48,695 bases of DNA from Pelomyxa schiedti (taxonomy: Eukaryota > Protista > Evosea), in assembly GCA_020536535.1 (NCBI GenBank), contig JAHLWZ010000681.1:1-48695 (forward strand), read 5' to 3'. Position 1 is the stretch's first letter. Each line of letters starts with the position of its first letter. The translations under genes were made by a program, and so were the position numbers. Shown here piece after piece: positions 24,101 through 36,747 of the stretch. Under the pieces are notes generated by a model. The model ran no database searches, was not told the origin of the DNA, and saw nothing but the letters and a program-made list of their open reading frames with translations.

Positions 24101-24828
24101 CTGGTTGACGTTGTATGTGATTAACCACGATTGTAGGATACACAACTGTTTTCTGGGACTGTAGAAGAAAATATTGCTTACGGAGTAGAGAAATATACCG
24201 CAGAAGAAATGATTGAAGCAGCGAAGCTTGCAAGTGCACATGACTTCATTTGTGAGTTCGAGGATGGCTATCAAACCAGAATTGGAGAACGTGGAGCCAG
24301 AATAAGGTTTTTTTTATAAGCGAGAGCTATATTTCTACTTAACGATATGCCAGTGGTGGCCAAAAACAACGCATCGCCATTGCTCGCATGCTTCTGCGGA
24401 AACCAAGAATTCTTCTTCTGGACGAAGCCACAAGCTCTCTGGACACAGAAAGTGAAGCACAGGTTCAAGCAGCAATTGACAACCTTATCAAGGTCCGCTA
24501 TTGCACTGTGATCCTGGTTGCTCATAGGATATCCACAGTTGTAAACGCTGATATCATTGCTGTACTTTCCTTTTATTTAGTAAACTACTCACAGCAATTA
24601 GGTCATGGACAGCGGCCGCATAGTTGAACAGGGTAACCACGAAGTAAGTGCCTCACCCTTGTTTATTTAGACTAACAGAAAACCCAACAGAGTCTACTTG
24701 CACAAGGGGGAGTTTATTCTCTTCTAGTACGGAGGCAATTGGTGCGGATGAGCAACACAATGCCGGAGTCCAAAGGGGAAGCAGATATTATTGACAACCT
24801 GCTCGCAGCCACCAAAGACGAACACTAG
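21183..24828 (+). CDS. ABCB (TAP/ABCB9-like) half-transporter with N-terminal extension containing a Cys/His finger
   Basis: [14 protein letters not shown]; Walker A GRSGSGKT; Q-loop LVSQ; signature [13 protein letters not shown]; Walker [12 protein letters not shown]; H-loop VAHR. All introns are GT-AG. Confidence 0.93.
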
Positions 24829-25035
24829 GCTGTAGATACCCCCCCTTTGTTGTTTTTGGCAAAAAATAGAAAATAGAAAAGAGAAATTATTTCTAAATTC
24901 CATCGTTTATTCTGAAAAAGAAAAAAAAGAAAAACGTCGTGCCAACGTTGCCAAACACCGTCAGGAAGAAAAACGGCGATGGATCCTCACAAATACAACA
25001 AACAACAAACAAACCAAGCAAAAATAAGACAAGCA

Positions 25036-25766
25036 ATGGGTGCCTATATTGCCAGGATGTTTACAGGCGCATCAGAAAAAAGGATTCTGGTTCTTGGCCT
25101 AGACGGTGCCGGAAAAACTACTCTGCTCTATAAATTACATCTAGGTTTGCAGTGGTCCTATCTTATTTTTTACTTTCCCCCCAATCATTGCCAGCGAAAC
25201 CAACTCTTTTTTTCCTGCTAGGCAAAGTAGTGGCCACAATGCCTACTATTGGGTTTAATGTGGAAACTGTACAGTATGACAACAGACTCAAATTCACCGT
25301 GTGGGATATTGGGGGCCAAGATAAAATCAGACCTCTCTGGAAACTCCATGTACTTTATTTACCTTACCCTTCAAACAAACACTGAACACTCAAAAGACTC
25401 AATTTCGCCCCCAAACTTACTCAACACCCTCAGTTTGTCAACACTGATGCAGTCATATTCGTGGTTGATTCCACAGACACCCCTCGGTTTTCTGAAGCCA
25501 GCGAGGAGCTGCGCTGGATAATGTCATGTGAAGAACTTGCCGGCGTCCCTCTGCTGGTCCTCGCCAACAAATGTGACATGGCCTCATCACATTCCGCCAA
25601 CAGAGTTGCTGTTGCACTTGACATGCACAAGCTGGACCTTGACAGCAGAACTGACACACCGGCTAAGGTGTCTACAAAGCACAAATGGCACATACAAGAG
25701 TGCTCTGCCCTCCGGGGCTGTGGCGTGGATGATGGCTTGAGATGGTTGGCCAGGCACTTGGCTTGA
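25036..25766 (+). CDS. Arf/Arl family small GTPase
   Basis: MG start; [32 protein letters not shown] and ECSA. Confidence 0.93.
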
Positions 25767-25874
25767 ATCAAGGCATCATGTATCATGTACATATTGTACT
25801 TGGACTACCAACGTTTGTAATAAGTATCAGCCAATTTCAGAAAAAGCAAGTTGTTTGGAACGCACTTCTTTTTT

Positions 25875-28704
25875 TTAGGGCAAAAGGACAATAGGGTCAC
25901 CTATAGCAACAGAGGAAGGTGGTCCTTGAATGTTCATAAGGGTGCCAAACATGAGACCACCATTAATGCGACGGAATGTTGCAAGGGTTCGTAAGGGCTC
26001 TGCGTAAACGGTTCCAGTCTGAGGGTCAATGCAAGTCATGGTACACCTGCAAGATGTCAAAACTCCTTCGTACCAGATTCACTCATACCGATTGCATAAT
26101 CCTCCGTGAGATAGAACTAGGTTCTCACCAATTTTGATTGTCTTCCAGTTGTCTTCTTGAAAAGGCTCTCCTCCACTTATAACGATGTTGGGTCGGAAAC
26201 TGTGCGGTTGTTAGGTTTGTCCGTGAATCAGGAGTTGCACACTTTCTCATGTGAACAGTTGAAAGGGCAGCTTCAGGTAATCTCGACCTCAAATCTCGTA
26301 GACTTTCGTCTGATATAACAAGGAAATTGGCCGAGTTATGTGCTGTAGCTTCTCTGTAACAAACTTAGAAATAAAAAAAAACCAAGTAGGAGGAGAACGA
26401 CTTGTTTCCTGTGTGAACGGAAGCACGGACAAACTTACAGCTGCATTTCAGAAATGAAGAGAGCCACGAAGAAGCAGATTCACTGCCGAGTATTAGTATG
26501 GGTAATTATATGCTATTCTCACTTTATGACGGCGTCAGTTTCGCTCAAAGGAATTATCAGGGGTGCCATCCCTGGTGCCTCAACCCTACACAAAAGTGTG
26601 AGCAAAGAAGGTGCAACACAAGTCGAACCTCAGGAGATTATTTTCAAGGCTTATTGTTGTGTGAATAAAACACATAGAAGGAAGTTTTTTCTGGATGAGG
26701 GGTCTATTGTCTGCACCAACGATAACCCACTCTCTGTCATACAGCAACCCTTCGCTTCCACATTGCCACCTTGCTACTGCGAACCCAGCACAAGACTTAA
26801 TTGGGTAGACGTAGATCGCAGAAACACGTAATTCGTTAGCGGGCACTGGAGAAAGGAGCAGCCTTAAATCCGGAGGTGTGGCAGGTGGGTTGGGAAATTT
26901 GTCCTCGATAAAGTGACTTCGTATGACAGAAACAAGTTTATCAGCCTCTGTATTGAGCTTTAATGATCTCCAGTACAATGCTTTCAACCTCTCTTGGTAG
27001 AACACCAGCCAAATGATGCACGGATAGCACCTGTTGGTCTACCTTGTACTAGATCAACTCCATCCATCCAACATACATGACCGGCCTGTGGGGAACATAA
27101 GGGGAAGGTGAAATAGACTTTACGTACCTTCCAGTTTTGGAGGACTTGTTCGGAGGTTAACCCGAGAAAATTCTGACATGCACCTGGGTTACACATACAC
27201 CCTGTGCGCAGTAACACGCCGTTCAACTCGCAAACCCTTCCAACTTCTTGATGTCCAACAAAAGCCCCTGAGGCTTGTTTCACTGAAAAAGTCACAACAG
27301 GTCCCTGCCTATTGCATTAAGGCGTTTTGTGTTGACGATCGCAATGCAAGATGAGTACTTGTGAATGTCTCTTTCAGACAGCCGGCCCGCAAATACGCAA
27401 ACAGGGGAACCATTCCAATGCTTCAAAGAAGAAAGTTCATCATACAGATACATCGCCAGCTGGTGAGTGTGTAGGTCCAATGCTTCAATTCCCCTAACTG
27501 TGTTTCCTCCAAACTCTATGGAAGCACCATTGATTAGTCTCCATCCATGTCTCAGTGCTGCAATAGACATAAAAGAAGGTGTCCCATCTTCTAAACTCTC
27601 CGGGATGGATTCTCTCAACGCCACAAAAGGGGAATCCCATAATGCGGCAGACACTGTGCCACCACCAAAATATTTCTTCTTCAGTAAACGGGATGCACGT
27701 TTATGTACTATGAGTGCTCCCAAACCTGTGGGGTACCTGTTGCATGAAAAAGAAACGGAGTCAGAAAGAATTGTGCCTGCCTCTAGTACCCAAATATTTT
27801 ATAGAATGAGAGGGTCACAAAATCAGCCATGTAGAGTGACAGATCTAATTTCGAATGGGGAACAAAGGCTGCAGCATCCAGTAGAACCTTATTGAAGTCA
27901 GGTTAATTTGTTTTAAAGATAACTTCTACTTTGAAGGAGGGAAGGGCACTGTGGAGACGGTTGATGTCCTGGAGGTCATATCTCTCACCAGAAAAGTTGC
28001 ATTCTTGGTAATTTTAGCATAATAGAAACATCGTAACCCTAATACCAGCAATAAGCACAGCAAGATTGTTTGTACTTTCAAGTGTAGCACTAGTAGCTGG
28101 CACAGAATTGGATGTCAGTGTGTGGGTACCTTGCACTTCTGTGAGAGTTGACTTGGGGCACAAAGACTCTATCAGTGTATCTATTGTCTTGTGTGAACTG
28201 ACAGAGGCACCAGCGGCAGTGGCGTAAGCCCTAATGCCAAGTGCAGAATTGTGTGGGAAGTGAACAAAAGCTAAATTGGATCTCTCAGTCCACGGGAAGC
28301 ACTCTCCCACAAGCTTAAGTGCCGCAGTCGTTCCTGAAACAGAAAGTGAGAATAGAAAACGGAAGGTGAATTCCAACAAGGGTCCGTCGTGTACCAGAAG
28401 TGAAGATAACGTCGTAATCGGCAGGACTTGCGTTAAATTGCTCCAGCACAGAGACGCGAGCCCGCGCGATTTCCTCGGCGCATCTGGGTGACGTGTGAGG
28501 GTTCGCGAACAGCACTGTGTTTGCACTCATATCGCGCGCGAATGCGTTGATTTGCTCGATACCGGGAAGGGCACTCCCGGTGTTGTCTAGGTAGAACAAC
28601 TCAGAGCTATGAACAACGCCCGAAGATCTCCCATCGTTGCCGGTCTCTGTCGTACAACCAGATCTCCCGTCGCACGGTGTATCCCCCACAACGCAACAAC
28701 TCAT
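25875..28704 (-). CDS. MOCOS: Molybdenum cofactor sulfurase (PLP-dependent NifS-like domain + MOSC domain)
   Basis: [39 protein letters not shown] (PLP Lys), [21 protein letters not shown] (persulfide Cys), [22 protein letters not shown] and FRPNIV. Confidence 0.94.
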
Positions 28705-29028
28705 TTTTACGGGAATGCCAGGCGAAAGTGCAAAAATAACTTAGATAAGAAAAAGGGCTGTCACCATCGGTTTTATCATTCTATCCGTAAATATGGCACT
28801 GGTGGTGATGCGCACAACTGGTCAGCCTGCACTACGTTACGAGGGCGTCAAATGAGCACCATGATCGATTTCCAGGCTTGGGATTGCACTTTGGCCCAAT
28901 CGAGTTCTGAGGCGATGTTTGGTGCTTGGCACATTAAAACCCCTGCCGTGCATTAAAAAAAACAAAAAAATTTTTTAGAAGTTTTGTTAGCTGACATGGT
29001 CATTTTTTTTTTCCCCTTTTCGTGTGGA

Positions 29029-32000
29029 ATGGACATGCAGCGGCAGTCGAGCTCTACGGGAGTTCGCTCGGTAACTAAGGAGATCTCATCGTGTGGAAAT
29101 ACGTCTGAACTTCGAGCGCCGGACGTGCCGATGCAAACGACCCAGCCGAGTTGTGGTTCCTCGCAGTTGCCATCGAGAAGTAGTGCCACTACCAACACTT
29201 CGACGATGCAAGTTGTTCCGAGTTCAAACACTGGCAAACGGGACCTCACTGCCGGTAATTTTGACCAAGAAGGTTGAAATAGCTTAGTAAATACTCGCGC
29301 CCACCGTTTTCGTGCAGGTCTACTGTTCTTGATTTTGCATTATCTTCATGGATTGGGACCGCCTCCTTCCAACACTGGGGCAAATGAACCCAGTAGGGAC
29401 ACACTGAGTGAGGTTGTTCAACTTTTAACCTCCGTTCTGGAAGGAAGTGGGTACCTCCCAAAGAAACATTGGTGGGACAAGACACACTTATTGTCATATC
29501 AAGAAATTGTACCAATAGCATTCATTATTTCTTCCATTTCTCACTCCCGCAAAAAACAAAAAAAGGCTAAAACCAATTCCCATATTCCCAGCAACTATCT
29601 AGAAAGGATCATTGAAAAACTTCAAGAAACACATACCACCAACTCCAGCTCCCCACATCCACATAAAGTTCACTCAGTTCTTGCTCATGGCCGAATGTCC
29701 CTTGTTCCTCTGCAATCAAGTCAACACCCACGAGTAGTCCCCCCGCCAATAAGTATGTGAGGAAACTCTTGACAGAATTACAACTTCCTCTTTTGAACAG
29801 ATAAGTTTCTTGTATACAGCCAAATTGGTGGAATTAACAGAAGAAGGCAAAACACTTCGAAACAAGTCCACTCTTTAGTGGCAGCAAAGTACAAGAAAGT
29901 GAGATAACTTCATTCCTTAGTATCCTCTCACTCTCTTAGCTTATTTCTTTCTGTGGGCACCGAGCTCCCATTTATTGCCTGAAATTTGACCCCTGTGGAA
30001 CAAGAATTTTCACTGTAAGTTATTTCTTGTACAACTAAATGGAAGTTCAAGAAACTCAAAATACAACAGGGTGCTGATGACTTTTTGATTAAAGTGTGGA
30101 ATGTTTCAACAGGATCCCTTGTAAAGTCACTACGAGGGCACATAGTATGCTGCTCAAAGTCCCTTTTCATCTCAGAAGTTTGTAGGATGTCATATTAGAT
30201 ATGGACATCAATTGGGATGGAACTCTTCTTGTGACAGTATCTAAGGATCGCATATTACGAGTTTGGGATTGCACGCCTTCAGGCCAATATCCTTGCATAT
30301 ATTGCTGCCGTTCATCTTCTCCCTATAGTAGCGTTCTATGGCGCCCTCCTCCTATAATTCCCAGTTCCTGTGGTGTGACTGGTACTCCCTTATCGTGGCC
30401 TTCAAATTCTACATTCCCAGTGATGATAGCAGCTTGCTCAAATCGTGGGCAGTCTGAATTAATTCAAGTTGGAACCTTCCGCCTCAATTCATTTCCTTCA
30501 CCAGCTTCATTATCCCACAATTGCAGTATTGCTCTTCCTGCAATGACAGGGGCTGAATGCGTACATGAATGGCAACAACCTGGTTCTGTTACTGTAGTCA
30601 CCCCACAGTCCAAGAGATCCTCTCCCACCCACATAAGCTTTAGCTGGGACGGACTGTACTTACTTATTGCTGGTTCTCCTGTTTCGATTGCCAATCTACA
30701 AAATGGCGTAAATGTAATACAGACAGTATATGAGGTCTCACAATCTGAGTGTCAAACAAAAAGAGGTGATTCGATATCAGTGTGCAAGGCTGGTGCCAAA
30801 CACAACTTCCTACCTAAAGATTCCAACCATTAAACAGTTCGCACACCACGCGTACAAATTTCTTATTGGCTATACCTCTGGTGAGATGTTGGTTTACCAG
30901 CTAGATTCGAAGACAGGATCTTTTATTGGAAAGACATGTTTGTTTCCTATTTGGTGTTTTGTATCACTGTGTTGTGGAAGCTGTTCGCCAAAGCGGAAAC
31001 ATCTATCTGAATCTAATTCTATAATATCCAGTGAGCCCGCTTCCTACAGTTTCTGTAAGCCAAAGGCGCTCCCCTGCAGCATCTTTCTCCAAGAAATCGA
31101 AAGGCTTGAGGGCTTTGTACGCCATATGGAACTCTGATGATAGTTATGTAATCTCGTCTATGTCAGACAAGTCAATAATTGTACATTCCTGAAACTTCTT
31201 ATTTAACATATAACTAAAAGAAAGGTCTGGAGTGCGTTCACAGGAGAAATCCTTAATGTGTTACAGGGACACTTCGGTGACTCCTATGTATTAGATCATC
31301 ATCCACTGTTCCCAGAGCAGTTTATAAGTGGTGCCTACGGTTGGTATTTTCTTTGGCTATTCTTCGAAATAACTTCTAGCAGATGGAAAGATCGTTTTAT
31401 GGGATCTATTCCAAAAAAAACCCTTGAGGGAATGGTCAAGGTGATCATATTTCTGGAGTTTCTCCTTTAACATAAAAAGAAATGTAGATTCAGTGAAGTT
31501 CGAGATTTATGATGGTTCTTTTTCAAGAGATGGTATCCAATCCAGAACTTTTTTTTTCTCCCACCAGCTACAGGCAACTTCTTCGCTGTGTCTGACAAAT
31601 TTGGAATGGTTAGTATTTTTTGATATATATGTCTCATTGGGGGTGGAAAAAAGATAACAATCTATGGGTTTTCGGATATTGATAAGTACAAGAGAACCCC
31701 ACGGCAGCAATTTTTGGCAGGTGAACATGAACTCGTTGAGTTCGATGAAAACTATCAACCATTTGACCGTAATACCCATGTATCCTGTGCTCTCCATTGG
31801 TCTTATTACTCATCTGCTTAGCTCGCTGTGTGGGATTCACCACTTGGCGTCCTTGTTGACCTTGACCTAAAACCTTATAAAATTCCACTTCTTCGTACGC
31901 AATAACAATAGTTGCTGTATTCTTAAATATTTGAAGAGTCATATGGTAATAGCGATGAAGCAGCAACAGCAAGGCTCATTCTTACGTTGCGTACAAAATA

Positions 32001-34236
32001 TTACCGTGTCTATCTCAACTAGTCTTAGGATTGCCCTTAGTCCGGAAGAGATTCTCGATCCTTCTGACGATGAAGAAGTTGGTTTTAGCGTGTTAAATTT
32101 GATCTTAACACCCTTAAAAAGCCCTGGGCCCCAAGCCGAAGTACTAGGGCAGTAGATTACAGTACAGCAACAGTTTCTTCTACGGAAAACAACAATACTA
32201 GTCAACCCCAAGAACCTTCACCGGCTTTAAGGCCCACTCGCCTTTCACGGAGACTTAGAGGGCAACTACCTCTCCAAGCTGGGTTGGATGACAATGATGA
32301 CATATGTGTTGTAAGCAGCAGCGCGGATGAGGCTGTGGAAGACTTCCACATAGAGGGTGTTCCAAACGAAAACACATCGAGTGATGGGGAGAGCTTAGGT
32401 TCTGTTTCTCAAGGCTCAGAGGGAGGAGGTATGGTGACAGCAACGAGAAGTCACTACAAACTGAGGGATAGACATGCAGCTAGAAACAATGCCAGACACA
32501 AAAAGAAAGAATCAGAGGGGGTTGACACTATATGCACTCCAGAAGTAGAGGGTGCTAGTACTGTGCATACTAGCTCCACAGATACTACAGGTAAACTCGA
32601 AATGCAACTGAACACTCAGATAAAAATTAAAAGAAAATTTAACCCATCCTTTTTTCCCTCCCTTAGGCCACAATCTCAGACCAAGAAGGAAACAAAAGCG
32701 ATCCCTGGATCAATTAGCTCATTATTCACCACCTTTGGACACTACATCAACACAGTTGGAGCCAGCACCCACTCCCCCCCTTGACACACCTGGTTGCGCA
32801 ACAGTAGATCCACCTATTTGCACAACGATACAGACAAGCATAAATAACACTCCGTGCACCCCACAGCTGAATAACGTCACCACAGATGCCAACACTAAGG
32901 TATTAAACACTGCAGCCCTTGCACCATCAATCCAATCCACAAGTAGTTCTACAAAACTTAGGTAAAACGTATACTTATGGCCAAGCCATCTAATTTTTTG
33001 ATGACCAGATTAATTTTACCACTCCTGCCTGCTGCTCCAGATTTGCCTTCATGTACCACGAAGACATCAGACCCATTGCGCGCTTTTACCCCAACTTTAT
33101 CTGTTGTCGAGCCTCCAACCACACTCCCATCACTCTCGAGTTTACTCCAGCAAATTCAGCAGCCTAACCGTTTTGGATTGTCGTTTCCTACAATTCAAAA
33201 GATTGAACCATCTCTAGGAACCAAACTCGGTTTCGGAAATGCAGCCATAGCCCCCTTAAGAAATGAAAAGCCACACCAAGCCCAGTTAAACAACACTCCC
33301 ATACGAAATGAAAAACCACACCCAATACAGTTCATACCCCCACCCCCAGTAAGACCACCCGTTCTGCCTCCCACAGAACGCCTTCCTAACAGCCAAGGGA
33401 GTGGAATTACATACCCCAACATATCAGATATATCAGAATACGGAACTTCAAGCCCAGCAATCCTCGAGCCAGAGTATTCACCTTCCCCCCTTCGTGCTTC
33501 AAGTTCAGAAGAAGCCCTAAAAGACAGGACTCACAGGTAATATGCTTCAAAGTCATTTTACACCTAAAACCTTCGTAGTCCATCCCCTGAGAGGCCACCA
33601 ATATCACCTACCTGCCCAGTGGTTGAAAGTGACTCAGATGAGAGTTCAAATGATTCATTTGATGACCTTCGACCAAAACCAAAGCTCACTAGAACATCAG
33701 GTAATTCTTTTAGGAATATTTGAAGATTTCTTTACACTCCCCAGGTTCTCGGGATGTGTCAACCTCACATAGTGCCCTCAAAATTGTCATTCGGCCACAA
33801 CCAAACGCAGGTCAATCCTCTGCACACACACGGCCCCTTGGTCCTCCTGCAAATTTCACCAGAAAGGCACCCCAATCGTACCTCCTGCGCCCCCGTACGC
33901 GACGCTCCTGTTTTGAGCATGCCGAGAACCCGGACATAGAGACCGACATTAAACCACATGGGGAAGATAACCCCACAGACACAGTAGATGATGGAGAGTA
34001 CTCTCCCTCAAACCGTTCACACAAAAAGGAAACCACAAGCAGCCATTACAGTAGCAGTGCCAACGAATACACAAGCAACAGTGAAGATGACTACGACCAA
34101 CACAACAGACCCATCAGAAAGCCACAACAAGACACTGGACACAGTTACAACACAAGATTGAGACCAAAGGTACACAATCTATCCTGCACTGTCCTATCAT
34201 CTCTCTTAATCTCGACCACAGAGAAGGCACCCATGA
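29029..34236 (+). CDS. BRWD/PHIP-like WD40 repeat protein with long low-complexity C-terminus
   Basis: N-terminal LLFLILHYL..GP / LPKKHWW..SYQE resembles the BRWD N-terminus; GHRAPIYCLKFD..IFTGADDFLIKVW..LRGH; GHFGDSYVLDHHP. No bromodomain recognised. Last exon approximate. Confidence 0.85.
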
Positions 34237-34351
34237 TTACACCGAGCAAGATGTTGTACGACTTGAACTTGTGAATTTTGTGTTAGTCACGAGTTTTTTT
34301 TTTTGTTATTAAGCTGTTAAATACTTTGGCGGTATTTATTCCCCAAACACT

Positions 34352-36421
34352 TTACTCCACTTTATCTTGGTTGTTTGGTGGGGTGGCTGAATTGGCATCA
34401 GTCCGCTGAGCCTTATTGCCGTTTGCATCCAGGTGTAGTATGCGAGCTGGTGAGACCAGCTGCAGGCCTGCAATAGCTACAAGCGGAAGTAAGGCCTGTA
34501 ATAAAAAGAGTAAGGTTTTTTAAGGACTCACAAAGGGTGGTGGAGGCAACGTACCACAAACCAAAGTGAACGCCAGATTCTCAAGGAAGGACCCAGTTCA
34601 AGAAGAATGAAAGGAGAAAACGCGAAGCCAATGTATAGCCCTAGCAGTACAGCACAGGCCAAGTCGTAGACGGGCTTCCATCTTAGCCATATTGCTACTG
34701 GTCTTATAGTCCTCCTATTCTGGGGTGAGGTTCGTGCAATTGTGTGTATGGCTACCTTAGAAGTCTGCCAAGGTATTGAAGCATAGCGGTATATGCAAAT
34801 GACAAGTAGTAGCCAGGATACACCCCATGCCAAAAAGCACTTAGCATGAATGTCTTATGAATGAGTTAAACACAAGTGGGCACTTGTAAGAAAACAATAC
34901 CCAAAATGAGGATATGGCTCCACTGTGCCCATTAGAAGTCAATCGCAAGTAGCAGTAATTCTTTAGCCAGCAGGCAGTCGAAGCATTCCATTTCTCGGCA
35001 AGGATATGTGTGGACTGCGCGGTTTCCGTCTAAATTTCGTTGTGAGTAGTAAAACGGACGAAGAGTTTCTCACCTCCCAGAAGTGGTTGTTCGTGATTCT
35101 ATCCCAAGATTTTACCTCACCAGTTGAGGTGTATCCGTTAAATCCAAAACCTGACGCAACAAAAGCACCTTCAGCCAGCCACCATCCTATATACAACCTA
35201 GCCACTGCTTAGCGATTGATTAGTTAGCAAAATTTTACCTTGCTCTGTAGCAAAGTACCATGAGATACAGTATTACAACTTTTATTGGAAATACTTTGTC
35301 AAAGAAACTCTGATAGTGAAGCAAGCTGTGTTTTTTTTAATTGTGTAAAACTATTGGGAACCAATACCTTGGAGGGAAAAGATATGTAAGAGCGAGGAAC
35401 GGGGCACAGCACAATGCTCTAAGGAAGGCCTGTTGTATTTTTTTTTTAGTAAAAACCTTGTAAAGTAGTGGTTTGAAATACTCGGAATGCAGCTGCCTGT
35501 GTGGAAGGAATTTGGGGATTTTTATCGTCATCATGTTTCCTAACAAAGTGAGAGGTGTAAAAGTGTTGGTCCATACTTGAAGAGGGATAGGTTTATAAAG
35601 GCAACATAGTCCTTAATTTCAAATGCAGGGCCACCAAGGAATCCAGGGAAGAAAAAGATGAAGCCATAAAACTCAAGAAGTGTTGGCATATGCAATAGTG
35701 CGTGGTCTTGCCAATACTGATACTTCAGTTTCTTGCCCTGCAGATTTTTTTTTTTTTTTTAAAGATGCATTTAGCGTTATTGATAGCTCACCATCTTGAT
35801 AGCATTCCCATCACTCAAGTTGAAAGCATATGACATTAATTTGATAGTTACAATCATTTGAGGAGCTAACAAGGATTTAGTAAGGGTTGAATTGTTCATG
35901 AATACCAGTGAAGTCAAGAGCCCACACAAGGTACCCTGTGTAAGACATATTTAGTTGCTTTCTGCTATTTGTTTAATTGTCGTCATACAGTTCCACATTC
36001 TATAGAAGTGACTGCAAGTCATATAGGCAATAGAAAATATGGAAACAGCAGTTGGAATGATATTGGGTGGCAAAACTGAACACTGTGCACAGTAAATTCT
36101 TAAACACCAGAGGAGAAAAAGGCAACCATGATGTATACAACGGTCGAAGAAAAGAAGGCATGAAACCATCCAAACGGTCCCAACAACACAATTGAGGTGA
36201 GCACTCCAAAAAAGATCTGGTCTCGTAAGGTCACAAGCCGAGGGCCAAAAATGAAGGGGAAGAGGAAAAAAGCACAGGCAAACCGAGTACAAGTTCCTTA
36301 TAGTTGGGTTGCGTATATGAGAATGCACAAATGCCAGAGGATACGCAGCCATCACAGACAAGAACCCAAGGACCTGGTCGCGCGGCGCCTTTGCAATCAA
36401 CGCAGAGATCGTGTCAAACAT
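34352..36421 (-). CDS. MBOAT lysophospholipid acyltransferase (ALE1/LPCAT3-like)
   Basis: YIGWWLAEGAFVASGFGFNG, WDRITN, WNASTACWLK, SAFWHGVYPGYY (catalytic His); multiple TM segments. Confidence 0.92.
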
Positions 36422-36747
36422 CTCCTTATGTTGTCTCACGTGGCTCTACTACGGACAGATTTTATTTACTTGTGAGTTTTGACAGTGCACAAATCTGCAA
36501 GCTTCGGAAGAATTTGGGGCACACCCCGAATAATTTTATTTTGTAACGACTGCAACTTTGTGGCGCTGAAGACCGTGAATCAGCAGGCTCTGATCAGAAG
36601 TACCACTGACAGTGAGCGGCCCCGGGTGTCACCTTCATACTCATAACTCAGAATTGTGAGTTGGGGCCACGTAGTAGATGGTTTTCAGTTCCACGCGTTT
36701 TGGGAGTTGAACCTTCGCCGAACCTGGAAACTTGATTTTGCGGGCGG

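Noticed and set aside
30286-30330. ATATCCTTGC in the BRWD-like gene
   Set aside because: It reads through as an in-frame WD40 segment (GQYPCIYCC); no branch site or AC acceptor.
34874-35010. ATATCCT motifs on the minus strand of MBOAT (about 34916 and 35007)
   Set aside because: Both lie in conserved coding sequence (GAISSF, THILAEKWN); the adjacent intron is ordinary GT-AG.
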